Both the position numbers and the translations under genes were made by a program. Under the pieces are notes generated by a model. It saw only the letters and a list, made by a program, of their open reading frames with translations, was not told where the DNA came from and did not search any database. A DNA stretch of 64,000 bases from Kiritimatiellota bacterium (GTDB lineage: Bacteria; Verrucomicrobiota; Kiritimatiellia; RFP12; UBA1067): contig WRJS01000001.1 in NCBI GenBank assembly GCA_009778475.1, positions 11,413 to 75,412 of the forward strand. The letters are read 5' to 3'. This document shows, piece by piece, positions 37,246 to 51,230 of the stretch (positions are counted from its first letter, which is position 1; the number at the start of each line of letters is the position of its first letter).

Positions 37246-37908
37246 ATGAAAATAAACAAGGCGGTCGGGTTTGTCCTGGCCAGCATGGCGGCCGGGTTTT
37301 TGAGCGGGATAGCCAACCTTACGTTTAGCGTTCCGGGCGCTCTCATGGGGGGTGCGCTGGCAATAGGGGTGCTGGCCTGTGACGTGTGGCGCGAACGCAA
37401 AGGGGCGCTGCCTGTCGGGGCGACGCTGGCGGTCGCGGCCGCCGTGTCGCTTGCGGTGTCTCCGCTTGTTACCGGCTGGCGGGTTATGTTCCCCTCCGAT
37501 GAAATCGATTCCAATATTAACTTTGCCGCGTTTGCGTACACAGGGCTGAACTGCCTTTCGATCTCGTGGGGCGTTCTCCTTTACTACAGGAGCCATTCGC
37601 TGAGGCAGGGGAGGCTGTTGCTGAAAGGCTTCCTCTTTTTGGTGATGATGCCTTCGCTCGGCCTATTGCCGCGTTTGCTTTTGCACTTTCGCCCTGATCC
37701 CTTCCGCGAGGAAATACCGGAGTTGTTTTGGATTATGGTGCTGTGCATTTGGGGCGGCCTGATGCTGTTCCTCCTGCTCTGGGGGCTAACCGCCAAGCTG
37801 TTCGGGATTTTCTCTCACAGAGGCGCAGAGATTGTAGGGGCGGTTCGCGAACCGCCCTCTGCCCAAGACACAGAAAATAGCACCGACACCGAAAGGAGTG
37901 ACACATGA
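37246..37908 (+). CDS. Multi-TM membrane protein, paralog 1 of a tandem triplet (hypothetical)
   Basis: AAGGAG RBS; MKINKAVGFVLASMAAGFLSGI...; ~6 predicted TM segments; conserved C-terminus LLLWGLTAKLFGIFSHRGAEIVGAVREPPSAQ. Confidence 0.6.
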   Translation: MKINKAVGFVLASMAAGFLSGIANLTFSVPGALMGGALAIGVLACDVWRERKGALPVGATLAVAAAVSLAVSPLVTGWRVMFPSDEIDSNINFAAFAYTGLNCLSISWGVLLYYRSHSLRQGRLLLKGFLFLVMMPSLGLLPRLLLHFRPDPFREEIPELFWIMVLCIWGGLMLFLLLWGLTAKLFGIFSHRGAEIVGAVREPPSAQDTENSTDTERSDT

Positions 37909-38585
37909 AAATAAACAAAGCGGTCGGGTTTGTCCTGACCAGCATGGCGGCCGGGTTTTTGAGCGGGATATTCGCGCCTCATGTCTGGGGCGTAAGGGGT
38001 GCTATCTTCGGGGGGATGCTGGCATTAGGAGTGCTGGCGTATAAAAAGCACGGCGAACGGAAAGGGCATTTGGCAGTCGCGCAAGCCCTGCTTATCGCTA
38101 TTGCCCTTTCGCTTGCCGCAACGTTGCTCATCTGGGGCTGGTAGGCCATGCTTCGCTTCGTCGAGTTCGAGCCAGAGTTTGTAATGTACCTGGGGAAGCA
38201 GGGTGCCAACGCACATTATGCTTGCACACTTTTGAGCGGTTCTTTGATTTCGCTGAGCATGCTGCTTTGCTTCAGGAGTTATTCGCTTCGGCGACGGTGG
38301 TTTGTGAAGGGGTTGTTTTTTGTGCTGATGCCTTTGTTGAGTGTGATTCCTCGCACCATTCTGTTTGTCCGAAAGGAAGGCGAGATACCCGTGGATATTA
38401 TTGGGCTGTCTGCGCTTTACTGCTTGATATGCGGTCTGCTTCCCTTCCTCCTGCTGTGGGGGCTAACCGCCAAGCTGTTCGGGATTTTCTCTCACAGAGG
38501 CGCAGAGATTGTAGGGGCGGTTCGCGAACCGCCCTCTGCCCAAGGCACGGAAAATTGCACCGACATCGAAAGGAGCGACACATGA
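37905..38585 (+). pseudogene. Paralog 2 of the membrane-protein triplet, interrupted by an in-frame TAG at 38145-38147
   Basis: 37905-38144 (MKINKAVGFVLTSMAAGFLSGI...LIWGW) and 38148-38585 are in the same frame (243 nt apart), separated only by a TAG. Both halves align to paralog 1. ATGA overlap with paralog 1. Confidence 0.5.
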
Positions 38586-39161
38586 AAACAGTGAAGGCAA
38601 TCGGGTTTGTCGTCGCCGCGATGGGGGCGGGGGTGTTGAGCGGGTGCAACGACCCTTGGGGTTACGGTGTCCGGGGGGCGGTGCTGGGCGGCGTGTTGGC
38701 GGCCGGGGTGATTGTGTGCGAGCGCTGGCGGCAACGCAAGGGCGCGCTGCCGCTTGGGGTGACGCTGTCGGTCGCGGTCGCCGCCGCGCTTGCCGTGACG
38801 TTGATTCTCGAGCCTCGCAGGTTTGTTATGACTGTCAACAACGGGCTTGAGAATCGGCATCCCTTCGTCAGTCCCGAGACGGCCTGGGTGTTCTTGACGT
38901 GCCTGTTGATCGCGTGCGGCTTACTCTTGTGCCACAGGAGCTACTCGCTCCGCCAGCGGTGGTTCGTGAGGGGCTTGCTTTTCTGGGGGGTGTCCGCCCT
39001 GAGCCTGTTCCCGCGCGCCGCTCTTTTCGGTGAGACAATCGTCTCGCTCTTCACCAACTCCTTCATGCGTGTCTGCTACGTCGGCGGGCTGTTCGCGTTC
39101 CTCCTGCTGTGGGGGCTGGCCGCTTGGGCGTTCGGATTTTTCCGCACGCCAGGAGGAGGCT

Positions 39162-39187
<26 letters not shown>
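38582..39187 (+). CDS. Multi-TM membrane protein, paralog 3 (divergent C-terminus)
   Basis: MKTVKAIGFVVAAMGAGVLSGC...; duplicated RBS block gaaaggagcgacacATG; ATGA overlap with paralog 2; 26-bp convergent overlap with glnS. Confidence 0.55.
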
Positions 39188-40877
<1,690 letters not shown>

Positions 40878-40890
40878 AGGGTTCTCTTTT

Positions 40891-41012
40891 AGACAGGATT
40901 GACAGGATGATTTTTAGACAGGATTAACAGGATGATTTTCAGACAGGATTGACAGGATGGTTTTAGACAGGATTGACAGGATTGAGAGGATTAACAGGAT
41001 TGGGATTAACAG
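40891..41012. repeat. Tandem ~25-bp repeats (agacaggatt[g/a]acaggatgatttt x4-5)
   Basis: Same gacaggattRacagg motif that heads the family B elements at 9316, 13924 and 33938. Confidence 0.55.
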
Positions 41013-41081
41013 TCTCAAATCGGAGCTGCCTTCGTGACCTTTGTGCCTTTGTGCGAGAAAAAAGAAATGGATATTGGATAT

Positions 41082-41642
41082 TCACTTTTCGGGTTTCCAG
41101 ACTTTCACTTGGACATTCTTTTTCCGGCCCCATTTCAGGGCTTCGCTGTGGGAGGGGAACCAGAGATCCAGCTTGTTGCCCGTGATCGCGCCGCCGCGAT
41201 CCTCGACGCGCCCGTAGCCGTAGCCTTCCACATGGACAATCGTGCCGAACGGCAGCGCGGACGTGTCCGCCGCGACCGTGCCGAGGCGCGCGCGCGTGCC
41301 GCTGGCCGTCACGCCGACCTCCTTGGGCTTGCCCTTGTTCGGGCCTTTGCTGATGACCGGCGACCCGAAGCCGAGGTAGGGCCGGTACCAGCTGCAGCAC
41401 TCGCCGCAATTACAGTAGCCCGTGACCTCCATGGTCATCACCACGGGCTGGCGGCCCTCGGGCGGGCGTATCGTGTTGCTCACGCACCCGGACACCCAGA
41501 CCAGCAACGGCAACGCCGCGCCCGCGAGTACGGCGGCGGCATATCGGCTAACCGCCCTATAGTCAACCCGAATCGATTCGGATCGATTCGGATCGAAACG
41601 GCGGTTCCGGCGAAAATACCCTGCCCAAGGAAACCGAAACAT
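41082..41642 (-). CDS. 3D-domain (MltA-like C-terminal domain) lipoprotein
   Basis: Lipobox LLVWVSGC; 3D motif GTIVHVEGYGYGRVEDRGGAITGNKLDLWF. Start chosen at MFRFPW; an N-terminally shorter start is possible. Confidence 0.65.
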   Translation of the reverse strand: MFRFPWAGYFRRNRRFDPNRSESIRVDYRAVSRYAAAVLAGAALPLLVWVSGCVSNTIRPPEGRQPVVMTMEVTGYCNCGECCSWYRPYLGFGSPVISKGPNKGKPKEVGVTASGTRARLGTVAADTSALPFGTIVHVEGYGYGRVEDRGGAITGNKLDLWFPSHSEALKWGRKKNVQVKVWKPEK

Positions 41643-41653
41643 GGCGCCATCCC

Positions 41654-44740
<3,087 letters not shown>

Positions 44741-44853
44741 ACAAACACCTTAAACACTCGTCTCGCCCATTCTTCCTGATAAGGGCAAATAGAATTCATA
44801 AGAATAGCAAAAAAAACGGCAGATGACTAGCGATTAGTTTTGCGTTTCGCACG

Positions 44854-46890
44854 CTAGACAGTCGCGTTCCAGCCGATGGCGTCGATGGCGTCGGCGATGG
44901 CGAAGAGGAAGTTCTCTTCGGTGTCGGTGATGATGCCGTCGTGGCTGGCGATGTCGTGGCAGGCTTGCATGAGCTCGCGCTTGAAGAGGGGCGGGAGGCG
45001 TTCGAGCTTGGAGAGCACGGCATCGAATGCGTCGAAGTCACGGAGCGCGGCGGAATCGGTCATCACGAGCTCACCCGTGTACGGCGTCACACGCTGTTTT
45101 CCGACTTCCCATGCGGCTTGCACGGCTTGCGCGTCGTCCGCGCCGGAGTCGGCGACCATGGACAGCACGTGGGCGATTTCGGTCGCGAGCTCTTTTGGGG
45201 GGACGGTCGATTGGCGGGCGTGGGCGAGCGCGGCGTCGGTCTGGAGGCGGCGGCGGATCATGCAGGTGAGCGCGAACTCGAAGGGCTCGATCACGCCGTC
45301 GGCGCGGACGAGTTTGTCGATGCTGGCGCAGAAGGCGGCGAGGTTGTCGGGCGCGGCGTTGCGGAGGGTGGCGACGGCGAGCTCGCAGACGATGCGGCGC
45401 TGGCGCACGGTCCAGCCTCTCATGCGTTCCTGCCACGCGAGGCACGCGGCGGTCATGTCGGTGTCGTTCTCGAAGCGGTGGGGCAGCATCTCGAGTTGCC
45501 TGTCGCGGATGTTCGTGTCGTTGTTGTCGAGCAACGCGCCGCACACGCAGCATTCGGCGGAGAGTGGGTCGTGGAGCATGTCGCGGTCGTCGTCGGAGAG
45601 CCACGAGAGGTCGATCGGGAGAGGGGGCGGGGCCATATTCGGTGGTTGCGCCGCCTTGGCGGTCTCGGGGAGCGGAGGTGGCACGGCATCGCCACCCTCG
45701 TAGCGCAGGGCGCGGCGGACGCCGTACATGGTGTTGCGGATGACGCGTTCGTCTTCGGCATCCATGCCGTCGGCACTGGCTTTCGGGGGGGCTTTCGCGT
45801 CATCGGCGCGACGCTGAAGCAGGGCCTGAGTCTCGGCGAAATCCCCGTTGAAGCCCGGCTCGATTGTGCGGATGCGCACGAGGAGCGGCGGGTGCGTGGC
45901 GAACATGCTCTTCAGCCCCGAGGCGAAAAGCATGTGCGAGACATCGGCCGTGTTGGGCGCGGTGAGGGCGCTGGTCTTGGCGCCGATGAGTTTCAGCGCG
46001 CTCGCAAGCCCGCCGGGGTTGCGCGTGAACTGCACCGCCGATGCGTCCGCCAGGAACTCGCGCTGGCGCGAGACGCTGCTCTGGATCAGACGGCCGAAGA
46101 AAACGCCGATCTGCCCGACCAGCCAGAGGATGAGGCCGAACAGGATCAGCGCGAGTTTCGCCCCACCGCTGTTGTCTTTTTCTTTGCGGGACGACGACGA
46201 CTTCATCCGCGCCGTCATCCGTATGATGAACATGCCAATAATCGCAATCGCTAAAATGCCGTGAAGGATACCGACGAGGCGGATGTTCAGGCGCATATCG
46301 CCGTTGAGGATGTGGCTGAACTCATGCCCGATGACCCCTTGCAGCTCGTCGCGGTTCAGCGTTTCCAGCAGGCCGCGCGTGACCGCCACCGCCGCGTCCT
46401 TTGACGAGAACCCCGCCGCGAACGCGTTCATGCCGCGCTCCCTGTCGAGGACATAGACGCTCGGCATGGCGATGCCCGCCGCGAGCGCCATCTCCTCCAC
46501 CACGTTCAGGAGGCGCCGCTCGCGCAGGTCGCGCGTCGTCGGCAAAATCTTGCGCCCGCCCATGGACTCGGCCACCACCGAGCCGCCGGAGCGCAGCTTC
46601 GCGATTTTGTACAGCGACGTGAACCCGATGAGCGCGAGCGTCAGCCCGAACACCCACAACGCAAAATCCCGGTTAAAGGCGATGCTCGTGAACGTGGGAA
46701 CGAACTCGGATTGTGTCGAGCGGGGGGGCGAGTCGTCGTCATCCCCCCCCCCTGAAGCGGCGAGCCCCCCCACCAGCAGCGCAATCCCGAGATGGAGCGT
46801 GAGGGCCACACCGATGACAGCCAGAATGTACAACGCGACAAGCCTGTGTGTTGCACGCCGCGAACGATCCTGTTGCTCGAAGAAGTTCAT
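44854..46890 (-). CDS. M48 family (HtpX-like) zinc metallopeptidase with long C-terminal extension
   Basis: HEFSH zinc motif; two N-terminal TM helices; ~350-aa C-terminal domain of unknown function. Confidence 0.8.
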   Translation of the reverse strand: MNFFEQQDRSRRATHRLVALYILAVIGVALTLHLGIALLVGGLAASGGGDDDDSPPRSTQSEFVPTFTSIAFNRDFALWVFGLTLALIGFTSLYKIAKLRSGGSVVAESMGGRKILPTTRDLRERRLLNVVEEMALAAGIAMPSVYVLDRERGMNAFAAGFSSKDAAVAVTRGLLETLNRDELQGVIGHEFSHILNGDMRLNIRLVGILHGILAIAIIGMFIIRMTARMKSSSSRKEKDNSGGAKLALILFGLILWLVGQIGVFFGRLIQSSVSRQREFLADASAVQFTRNPGGLASALKLIGAKTSALTAPNTADVSHMLFASGLKSMFATHPPLLVRIRTIEPGFNGDFAETQALLQRRADDAKAPPKASADGMDAEDERVIRNTMYGVRRALRYEGGDAVPPPLPETAKAAQPPNMAPPPLPIDLSWLSDDDRDMLHDPLSAECCVCGALLDNNDTNIRDRQLEMLPHRFENDTDMTAACLAWQERMRGWTVRQRRIVCELAVATLRNAAPDNLAAFCASIDKLVRADGVIEPFEFALTCMIRRRLQTDAALAHARQSTVPPKELATEIAHVLSMVADSGADDAQAVQAAWEVGKQRVTPYTGELVMTDSAALRDFDAFDAVLSKLERLPPLFKRELMQACHDIASHDGIITDTEENFLFAIADAIDAIGWNATV

Positions 46891-46891
46891 C

Positions 46892-46981
46892 TTTTTAGTT
46901 TTTAGTTTTCAGTTTTTAGTTTTTAGTACCCCGTTTTTAATCAGGGTTATATACTAAAAACTAAAAACTGAAAACTAAAAA
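46892..46981. repeat. AT-rich perfect inverted repeat made of TTTTTAG heptads (30-bp arms, 23-nt loop) filling the lemA-M48 intergenic region
   Basis: Left arm tttttag tttttag ttttcag tttttag tttttag ta (46892-46928); right arm tactaaaaa ctaaaaa ctgaaaa ctaaaaa (46952-46981). Exact reverse complement over 30 nt. Confidence 0.6.
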
Positions 46982-46988
46982 CTCTCCA

Positions 46989-47609
46989 TCAAAACTGCAC
47001 CTTGACCGCCTCGCGCTCGGTGGGATCGACGACCTCGAAGAGTTGCGCGGCCTTGAAGCCCATCATGCCCGCGACCAGCACGGTCGGGAACGTCTCGCGC
47101 TTCGTGTTATAGACCGTCACCGCGTCGTTGTACGCCTGGCGCGCGAAGGCGACCTTGTTCTCGGTCGAGGTCAGCTCCTCCATCAGCACCGCCATGTTCT
47201 TGTCCGCCTTCAACTCCGGGTAACGCTCCACGACCACCATCATACGCGCCATGCTGCCGCGCAGGGCGCCCTCCGCGCCGAGCAGGCCCTTCATCGCGTC
47301 GGGGTCGCCGGGGTCATTGCGGGCGGTGCTCGCCGCGCCCATGGCGACGTTACGCGCCTTGACGACCGCCTCCAGCGTCTCGCGCTCGTGCGCCATGTAG
47401 CCCTTGGCCGTCTCCACGAGGTTCGGGATGAGGTCATAGCGGCGTTTCAGCTGCACGTCAATCTGCGCGAACGCATTCTTAAAGCGGTTGCGCAAAACGA
47501 CCAGCCCGTTGTACGCCGCGACCAGCGCAAGCACAAGGACAACAAGAATGCCGAGCACAACAATCGGCACGACAGGAATACTCAATACGGCAACGACAGG
47601 CATAATCAT
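46989..47609 (-). CDS. lemA: LemA family protein
   Basis: N-terminal TM helix plus LemA coiled-coil body (…RYDLIPNLVETAKGYMAHERETLEAV…). Confidence 0.85.
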   Translation of the reverse strand: MIMPVVAVLSIPVVPIVVLGILVVLVLALVAAYNGLVVLRNRFKNAFAQIDVQLKRRYDLIPNLVETAKGYMAHERETLEAVVKARNVAMGAASTARNDPGDPDAMKGLLGAEGALRGSMARMMVVVERYPELKADKNMAVLMEELTSTENKVAFARQAYNDAVTVYNTKRETFPTVLVAGMMGFKAAQLFEVVDPTEREAVKVQF

Positions 47610-47623
47610 AACAATCTCCTCTG

Positions 47624-48028
47624 TTAAGGGTTAAGTTCAATAACCATGTTACCCGAATAAGCGCGCGAAAGCAAGTAGAGTTTCGAGTTTTCAGTGAGCC
47701 GCCCGTCGTTATCGAGCGCGACGCCCTCCGAACGCAAGAGCGCGATTTTCCGCGCGATCTCCGGACCGTCCCTGTGACCGTTGAAGCCGCCGATGGTGCC
47801 GTCGGAGGCAAGCACGCGGTGGCACGGCACATCCGGCGCGAACGGGTTGTGCCGCAACGCCCCCCCGACCGCCTGCGCCGACCCGCACCCGATGCGCTTG
47901 GCGAGCGCGCCATACGTCGTGACACACCCCTCGGGGACATCCAGCAGCGCGTCGTACACCCTCCGGCGGAACGCAGAGATGTGTTCGGCGCTCCGAACCT
48001 GTTCACGAATGGAGCGTATGTTTCTCAT
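47624..48028 (-). CDS. MGMT-family methylated-DNA-protein-cysteine methyltransferase (short, DNA-binding/active-site domain only)
   Basis: FRRRVYDALLDVPEGCVTTYGALA...NPFAPDVPCHRVL; PCHRV active-site Cys motif. Confidence 0.7.
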   Translation of the reverse strand: MRNIRSIREQVRSAEHISAFRRRVYDALLDVPEGCVTTYGALAKRIGCGSAQAVGGALRHNPFAPDVPCHRVLASDGTIGGFNGHRDGPEIARKIALLRSEGVALDNDGRLTENSKLYLLSRAYSGNMVIELNP

Positions 48029-48056
48029 AGAAAGAACCTTTTAGTGAACATTCAAT

Positions 48057-48131
48057 ATCCAACACAGGGGCCCCCGTTGGCGCGACCGCGACCAATGGGG
48101 CATGAGAATATCCAACGCCCAAGTGGAATGC
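48057..48131. repeat. Solo partial copy of the family C repeat
   Basis: gggcccccgttggcgcgaccgcgaccaatggggcatgagaatatccaacgcccaagtggaatgcgctatga matches the unit junction of the 36318-36880 array. Confidence 0.45.
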
Positions 48132-48216
48132 GCTATGACAGGAGACGAGCTTCTGAACGAAAAAACCATTTTCCACCTATCACCTATTACCTATCACCTT
48201 TTACCTTTTACCTTTC

Positions 48217-48453
48217 TCACATCATTCCGCATCCGCCATTGGCGGATGCGGCGCAGTGCGGCGCCCCTGCGCACCCGCGGCATCCGCTGGGCAGCGACGG
48301 GGTCGCGCTGGCCGGTGCGAAGGCCGAGAGCAGTTTGACCAGCTTCTTCTGGCGGCCGCACGACGGGCATTTTTCGGGCTTGTCGGAAAGCGTCCGCGCG
48401 AGGTGTTCGAACGCGGTTCCGCAGTCGCCGCAGGTGTATTCGTAGATGGGCAT
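48217..48453 (-). CDS. FmdB-family zinc-ribbon regulatory protein (78 aa)
   Basis: MPIYEYTCGDCGTAFEHLARTLSDKPEKCPSCG (CxxC...CxxC) plus a Cys-rich tail. It is only the 3' end of a long antisense artefact ORF (48217-50682). Confidence 0.6.
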   Translation of the reverse strand: MPIYEYTCGDCGTAFEHLARTLSDKPEKCPSCGRQKKLVKLLSAFAPASATPSLPSGCRGCAGAPHCAASANGGCGMM

Positions 48454-48467
48454 GATTCGGGTTCCTG

Positions 48468-51089
48468 TTACGGCGTGAGGAGGAGGTTGTCGAGGTCGTA
48501 GGTGTTGCCGACGGGGCCGTTGCTGTTGAAGCCGATCCAGCCGAGGGTCTTGAAGGCGGGGTTGCGGTACAGGCCGGTGAAGGTGCGGGTCTCGCCGCCG
48601 TGGGTGACGCGGATGGTGTAGCCGTCTGCCGCGGGGGCGCTGAGGTCGGCCTCGATCTCGATGCGGACCCATTCGCCGAGGGGCAGCTGCAGGAGGGGCT
48701 GGCCGCGCGCGGCGTAGAGGGTGCGGTCGGCGCTGACGCTGGCGCTGGGGCCGGCCTTGTACCAGGGGTCGGTGTCGCGCATCTCGAGGGAGGGCTGGGC
48801 GCCTTCGCGGAGGCGGAGGTCGAAGGCGAAGGTGACGGGGCCTGCGCGGCGTTCGACGTCGATGTAGAAGTGGGGCTCGTAGGAGGCGATCTGGTCGTTG
48901 ACGCGGAGGCAGCGGTTGCCGCTGGCGGCGGTGGGGTCGTCGATGACGGTGACGAGGTCGCGGCGGTTGTTGGCGAACACGACCCAGCCTTGGGGGCCTT
49001 GGCCTGAGGCGGTGTCCTCGAAGCCGTCGCGGATGGTGATGTGTTTCTTGGCGGGGGCGGGGGCGTAGGTGTGCGGGGGGGCGGGGAGCCGGGCGGTCTT
49101 GGGCTTGGTGATGGCGCACCCGGCGTTGGCGAGGGTGAAGGGGCGGAAGCCGGTGAGGGCGGGGGCGGGGGTGTCGGGGCGGAGGGTGAAGTCGTCTTTG
49201 GCGGGGTTGGTGAAGAGGGGGTCGGCGACGGCGGCGGCGGTGTCGCGCTCGCGCCATTTGCCGATGGGGGTGCTGTTGCCGAAGTCGATGTCGCGGGGGG
49301 CGTTGACGCGCCAGTAGAGGTTGCTGGCGAGGTCGATGCGGGGGTCGGGCCAGCCGAAGAGGAAGGGGTCGCCGTCGTGCCAGTAGATGATGTTGCGGTG
49401 GATGTGGGAGGTGCGGAAGTCGTCGCCGCCGCCGCTGAGGAAGAGCTGGTTTTTCTGGCCGAGGGCGAGGATGTTGTTGGCGACGGTGTTGCCTTGGCCG
49501 ATGCCGGAGAGCATGAAGCTGCCGTCCTCGCAGCGCAGGACGATGTTGCTCTCGGCGCGGATGTGGGAGGAGGCGGAGTCGAAGTAGATGCCCCAGGCGC
49601 CGTAGCGGGCGCGGGTGGCGTCGTGGATGAGGTTGTTGCACAGGACGGTGCCGGGCTGCTCGCCGAGGGTGTAGATGCCGCCCATGTCGGAGGTGCGGCC
49701 TTGGCCGAGGGTGTGGATGTGGTTCCAGGAGACTTCGTTGGCGTGGGCGGGGTTGGGGCCGGGGAGCCATTTCCAGCCGACGGAGACGCCGCTGTTGTAG
49801 AAGTCGCGGATGGTGTTGCGGGTGACGCGGTTGGTGGCGCCGTGGCCGATGAACACGCCCATCCCGGCGGGGTGGACGCGGCTGCCGTGGGCGATGAGGT
49901 TGTTCTCGACGGTGCAGGTGTAGGCGAAGGTCTCGGGGTGGTGGTCGTCTTTCCATTCGGTGCCGATGCTCACGCCGCCCGCGCCGAGGTCGAAGAGCTC
50001 GCAGCCGGTGACGGCGCAGTCGCGGCAGCCGTGCGCGAAGGCGGCGGCGTAGGTGCCGGTGTTGCGGATGACGCAATCCTCCACGCGGATGTGGCTGGAG
50101 TAGGTGGCGTGGATGAGGCCGGGGATGATGGCCTCGGCCTGCGCGTAGGAGTAGCCCGTCGCGGGGACGTTCCAGTTGTTGTGCGCGAGCGTGAGGCCGC
50201 GGAAGGTGATGTGCTGCGCGTGGGTGAACGTGGCGGCGGCGGCGTGGCGCGGCGCGACGACGGTCAGGCGGCTCATGCGCTCGCCGCGCTGGGGGATGTA
50301 GGTGACGGTGGCGGCGGTCTCGTCGAGGTACCACTCGCCCATGCTCAACGCCTCTGCGACGTTCTCCAGTCGGTACCAGTTCTTCGGCGTGATGTCGTTG
50401 AGCGACGCGTGCCACGTCGCGCCCGCGAGCGTCACGAGTCTCGTTTGCGCGTCCACCGCCGCGATGGGGATGCGCGACATATTCCAACTGTGGAAGATGC
50501 ACACCTCGATTTCCGAGAGGTTCTTCCAGTCCGCGCGGATGTCGTCGCCGCCGTAGATGAACGCATTGGGCAATGCGTTGGGTTCGGTGGGCGCGGACTT
50601 CTCGACGTAGTAGTAGCCCTGCTTCGGCAGCATCGGGCGCGGCCGCCGCTGGTCGTTGACGTAGAGTTGCGAGAACTTCCACGCCTCCGGCAGTTTCGCG
50701 ACCATGCGCCCGCCGCGCTGGGCTGTCCAGCCCGTGAGCGGCACGCCTGCGCTCAGCACAGGCTCCTCGCCCCTCGCGGCCTGATAGACGACGGGCGCGG
50801 CCGCGGTGCCGGAGTCCTCCGCGCCGAACGCAAGCGTCTCGGGCAGGTAGTACGTCCCGCCGCGTATCTCGACAACGATGGGCGTTGCGCGGCCGGGCTG
50901 TTCCGCCTTCAACGCACGCACCGCCAGCCGCGCGCGCCCGATGGTCGCGAACGGCGCGCGCGCCGTGCCGGGCGCGGTGTCCGAACCCTTCGGCGACACA
51001 ACGAAATCGGCGGCGGTCGCCGCGCTAGCGATTGCCATTGCGAAGGCGAAAGGAGTAAGGCGGGAGGGAGCAAGAGGGAAGTTTTTCAT
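48468..51089 (-). CDS. Secreted right-handed parallel beta-helix repeat protein (putative glycoside hydrolase/polysaccharide lyase)
   Basis: Signal peptide MKNFPLAPSRLTPFAFAMAIASAATA. Beta-helix repeats (NTIRDFYNSGVSVG, CNNLIHD, NNILALG); 873 aa. Confidence 0.7.
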   Translation of the reverse strand: MKNFPLAPSRLTPFAFAMAIASAATAADFVVSPKGSDTAPGTARAPFATIGRARLAVRALKAEQPGRATPIVVEIRGGTYYLPETLAFGAEDSGTAAAPVVYQAARGEEPVLSAGVPLTGWTAQRGGRMVAKLPEAWKFSQLYVNDQRRPRPMLPKQGYYYVEKSAPTEPNALPNAFIYGGDDIRADWKNLSEIEVCIFHSWNMSRIPIAAVDAQTRLVTLAGATWHASLNDITPKNWYRLENVAEALSMGEWYLDETAATVTYIPQRGERMSRLTVVAPRHAAAATFTHAQHITFRGLTLAHNNWNVPATGYSYAQAEAIIPGLIHATYSSHIRVEDCVIRNTGTYAAAFAHGCRDCAVTGCELFDLGAGGVSIGTEWKDDHHPETFAYTCTVENNLIAHGSRVHPAGMGVFIGHGATNRVTRNTIRDFYNSGVSVGWKWLPGPNPAHANEVSWNHIHTLGQGRTSDMGGIYTLGEQPGTVLCNNLIHDATRARYGAWGIYFDSASSHIRAESNIVLRCEDGSFMLSGIGQGNTVANNILALGQKNQLFLSGGGDDFRTSHIHRNIIYWHDGDPFLFGWPDPRIDLASNLYWRVNAPRDIDFGNSTPIGKWRERDTAAAVADPLFTNPAKDDFTLRPDTPAPALTGFRPFTLANAGCAITKPKTARLPAPPHTYAPAPAKKHITIRDGFEDTASGQGPQGWVVFANNRRDLVTVIDDPTAASGNRCLRVNDQIASYEPHFYIDVERRAGPVTFAFDLRLREGAQPSLEMRDTDPWYKAGPSASVSADRTLYAARGQPLLQLPLGEWVRIEIEADLSAPAADGYTIRVTHGGETRTFTGLYRNPAFKTLGWIGFNSNGPVGNTYDLDNLLLTP

Positions 51090-51111
51090 GATGGTTTTTG
51101 GGGATGACTTT

Positions 51112-51215
51112 TTTCGACTGATGCGATTGAAATCGACTGATGGCGACTGAAGTCGAATGTTGTCGAAGAAATCGATGGCAGTCGATTTCAGTCGGCTTCA
51201 ATCGCCATCAGTCGA
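51112..51215. repeat. Imperfect extended palindrome built from tcgactga/tcagtcga units
   Basis: gaaatcgactgatggcgactgaagtcga ... cagtcgatttcagtcggcttcaatcgccatcagtcga; lies between two minus-strand genes. Confidence 0.45.
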
Positions 51216-51230
51216 AACAAAACAAACTCC

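Noticed and set aside
36318-37328. 337-codon ORF spanning the 177-bp repeats, called as a protein-coding gene
   Set aside because: Not called as CDS. Non-synonymous drift between copies, the hairpin-string organisation, a dispersed solo copy at ~48057-48131 and an equally open antisense frame all favour non-coding repeats. Kept as a finding because of the ATGA coupling to the radical SAM gene.
37905-38585. Calling 37905-38144 and 38148-38585 as two separate genes
   Set aside because: They are in the same frame, separated by a single TAG, and together align colinearly with paralog 1. Treated as one interrupted gene (pseudogene or readthrough).
48217-50682. 821-aa minus-strand ORF
   Set aside because: It is Arg/Pro/His-rich low-complexity sequence antisense to the real 873-aa beta-helix gene (48468-51089, another frame). 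Only its last 78 codons (FmdB zinc ribbon) look genuine.
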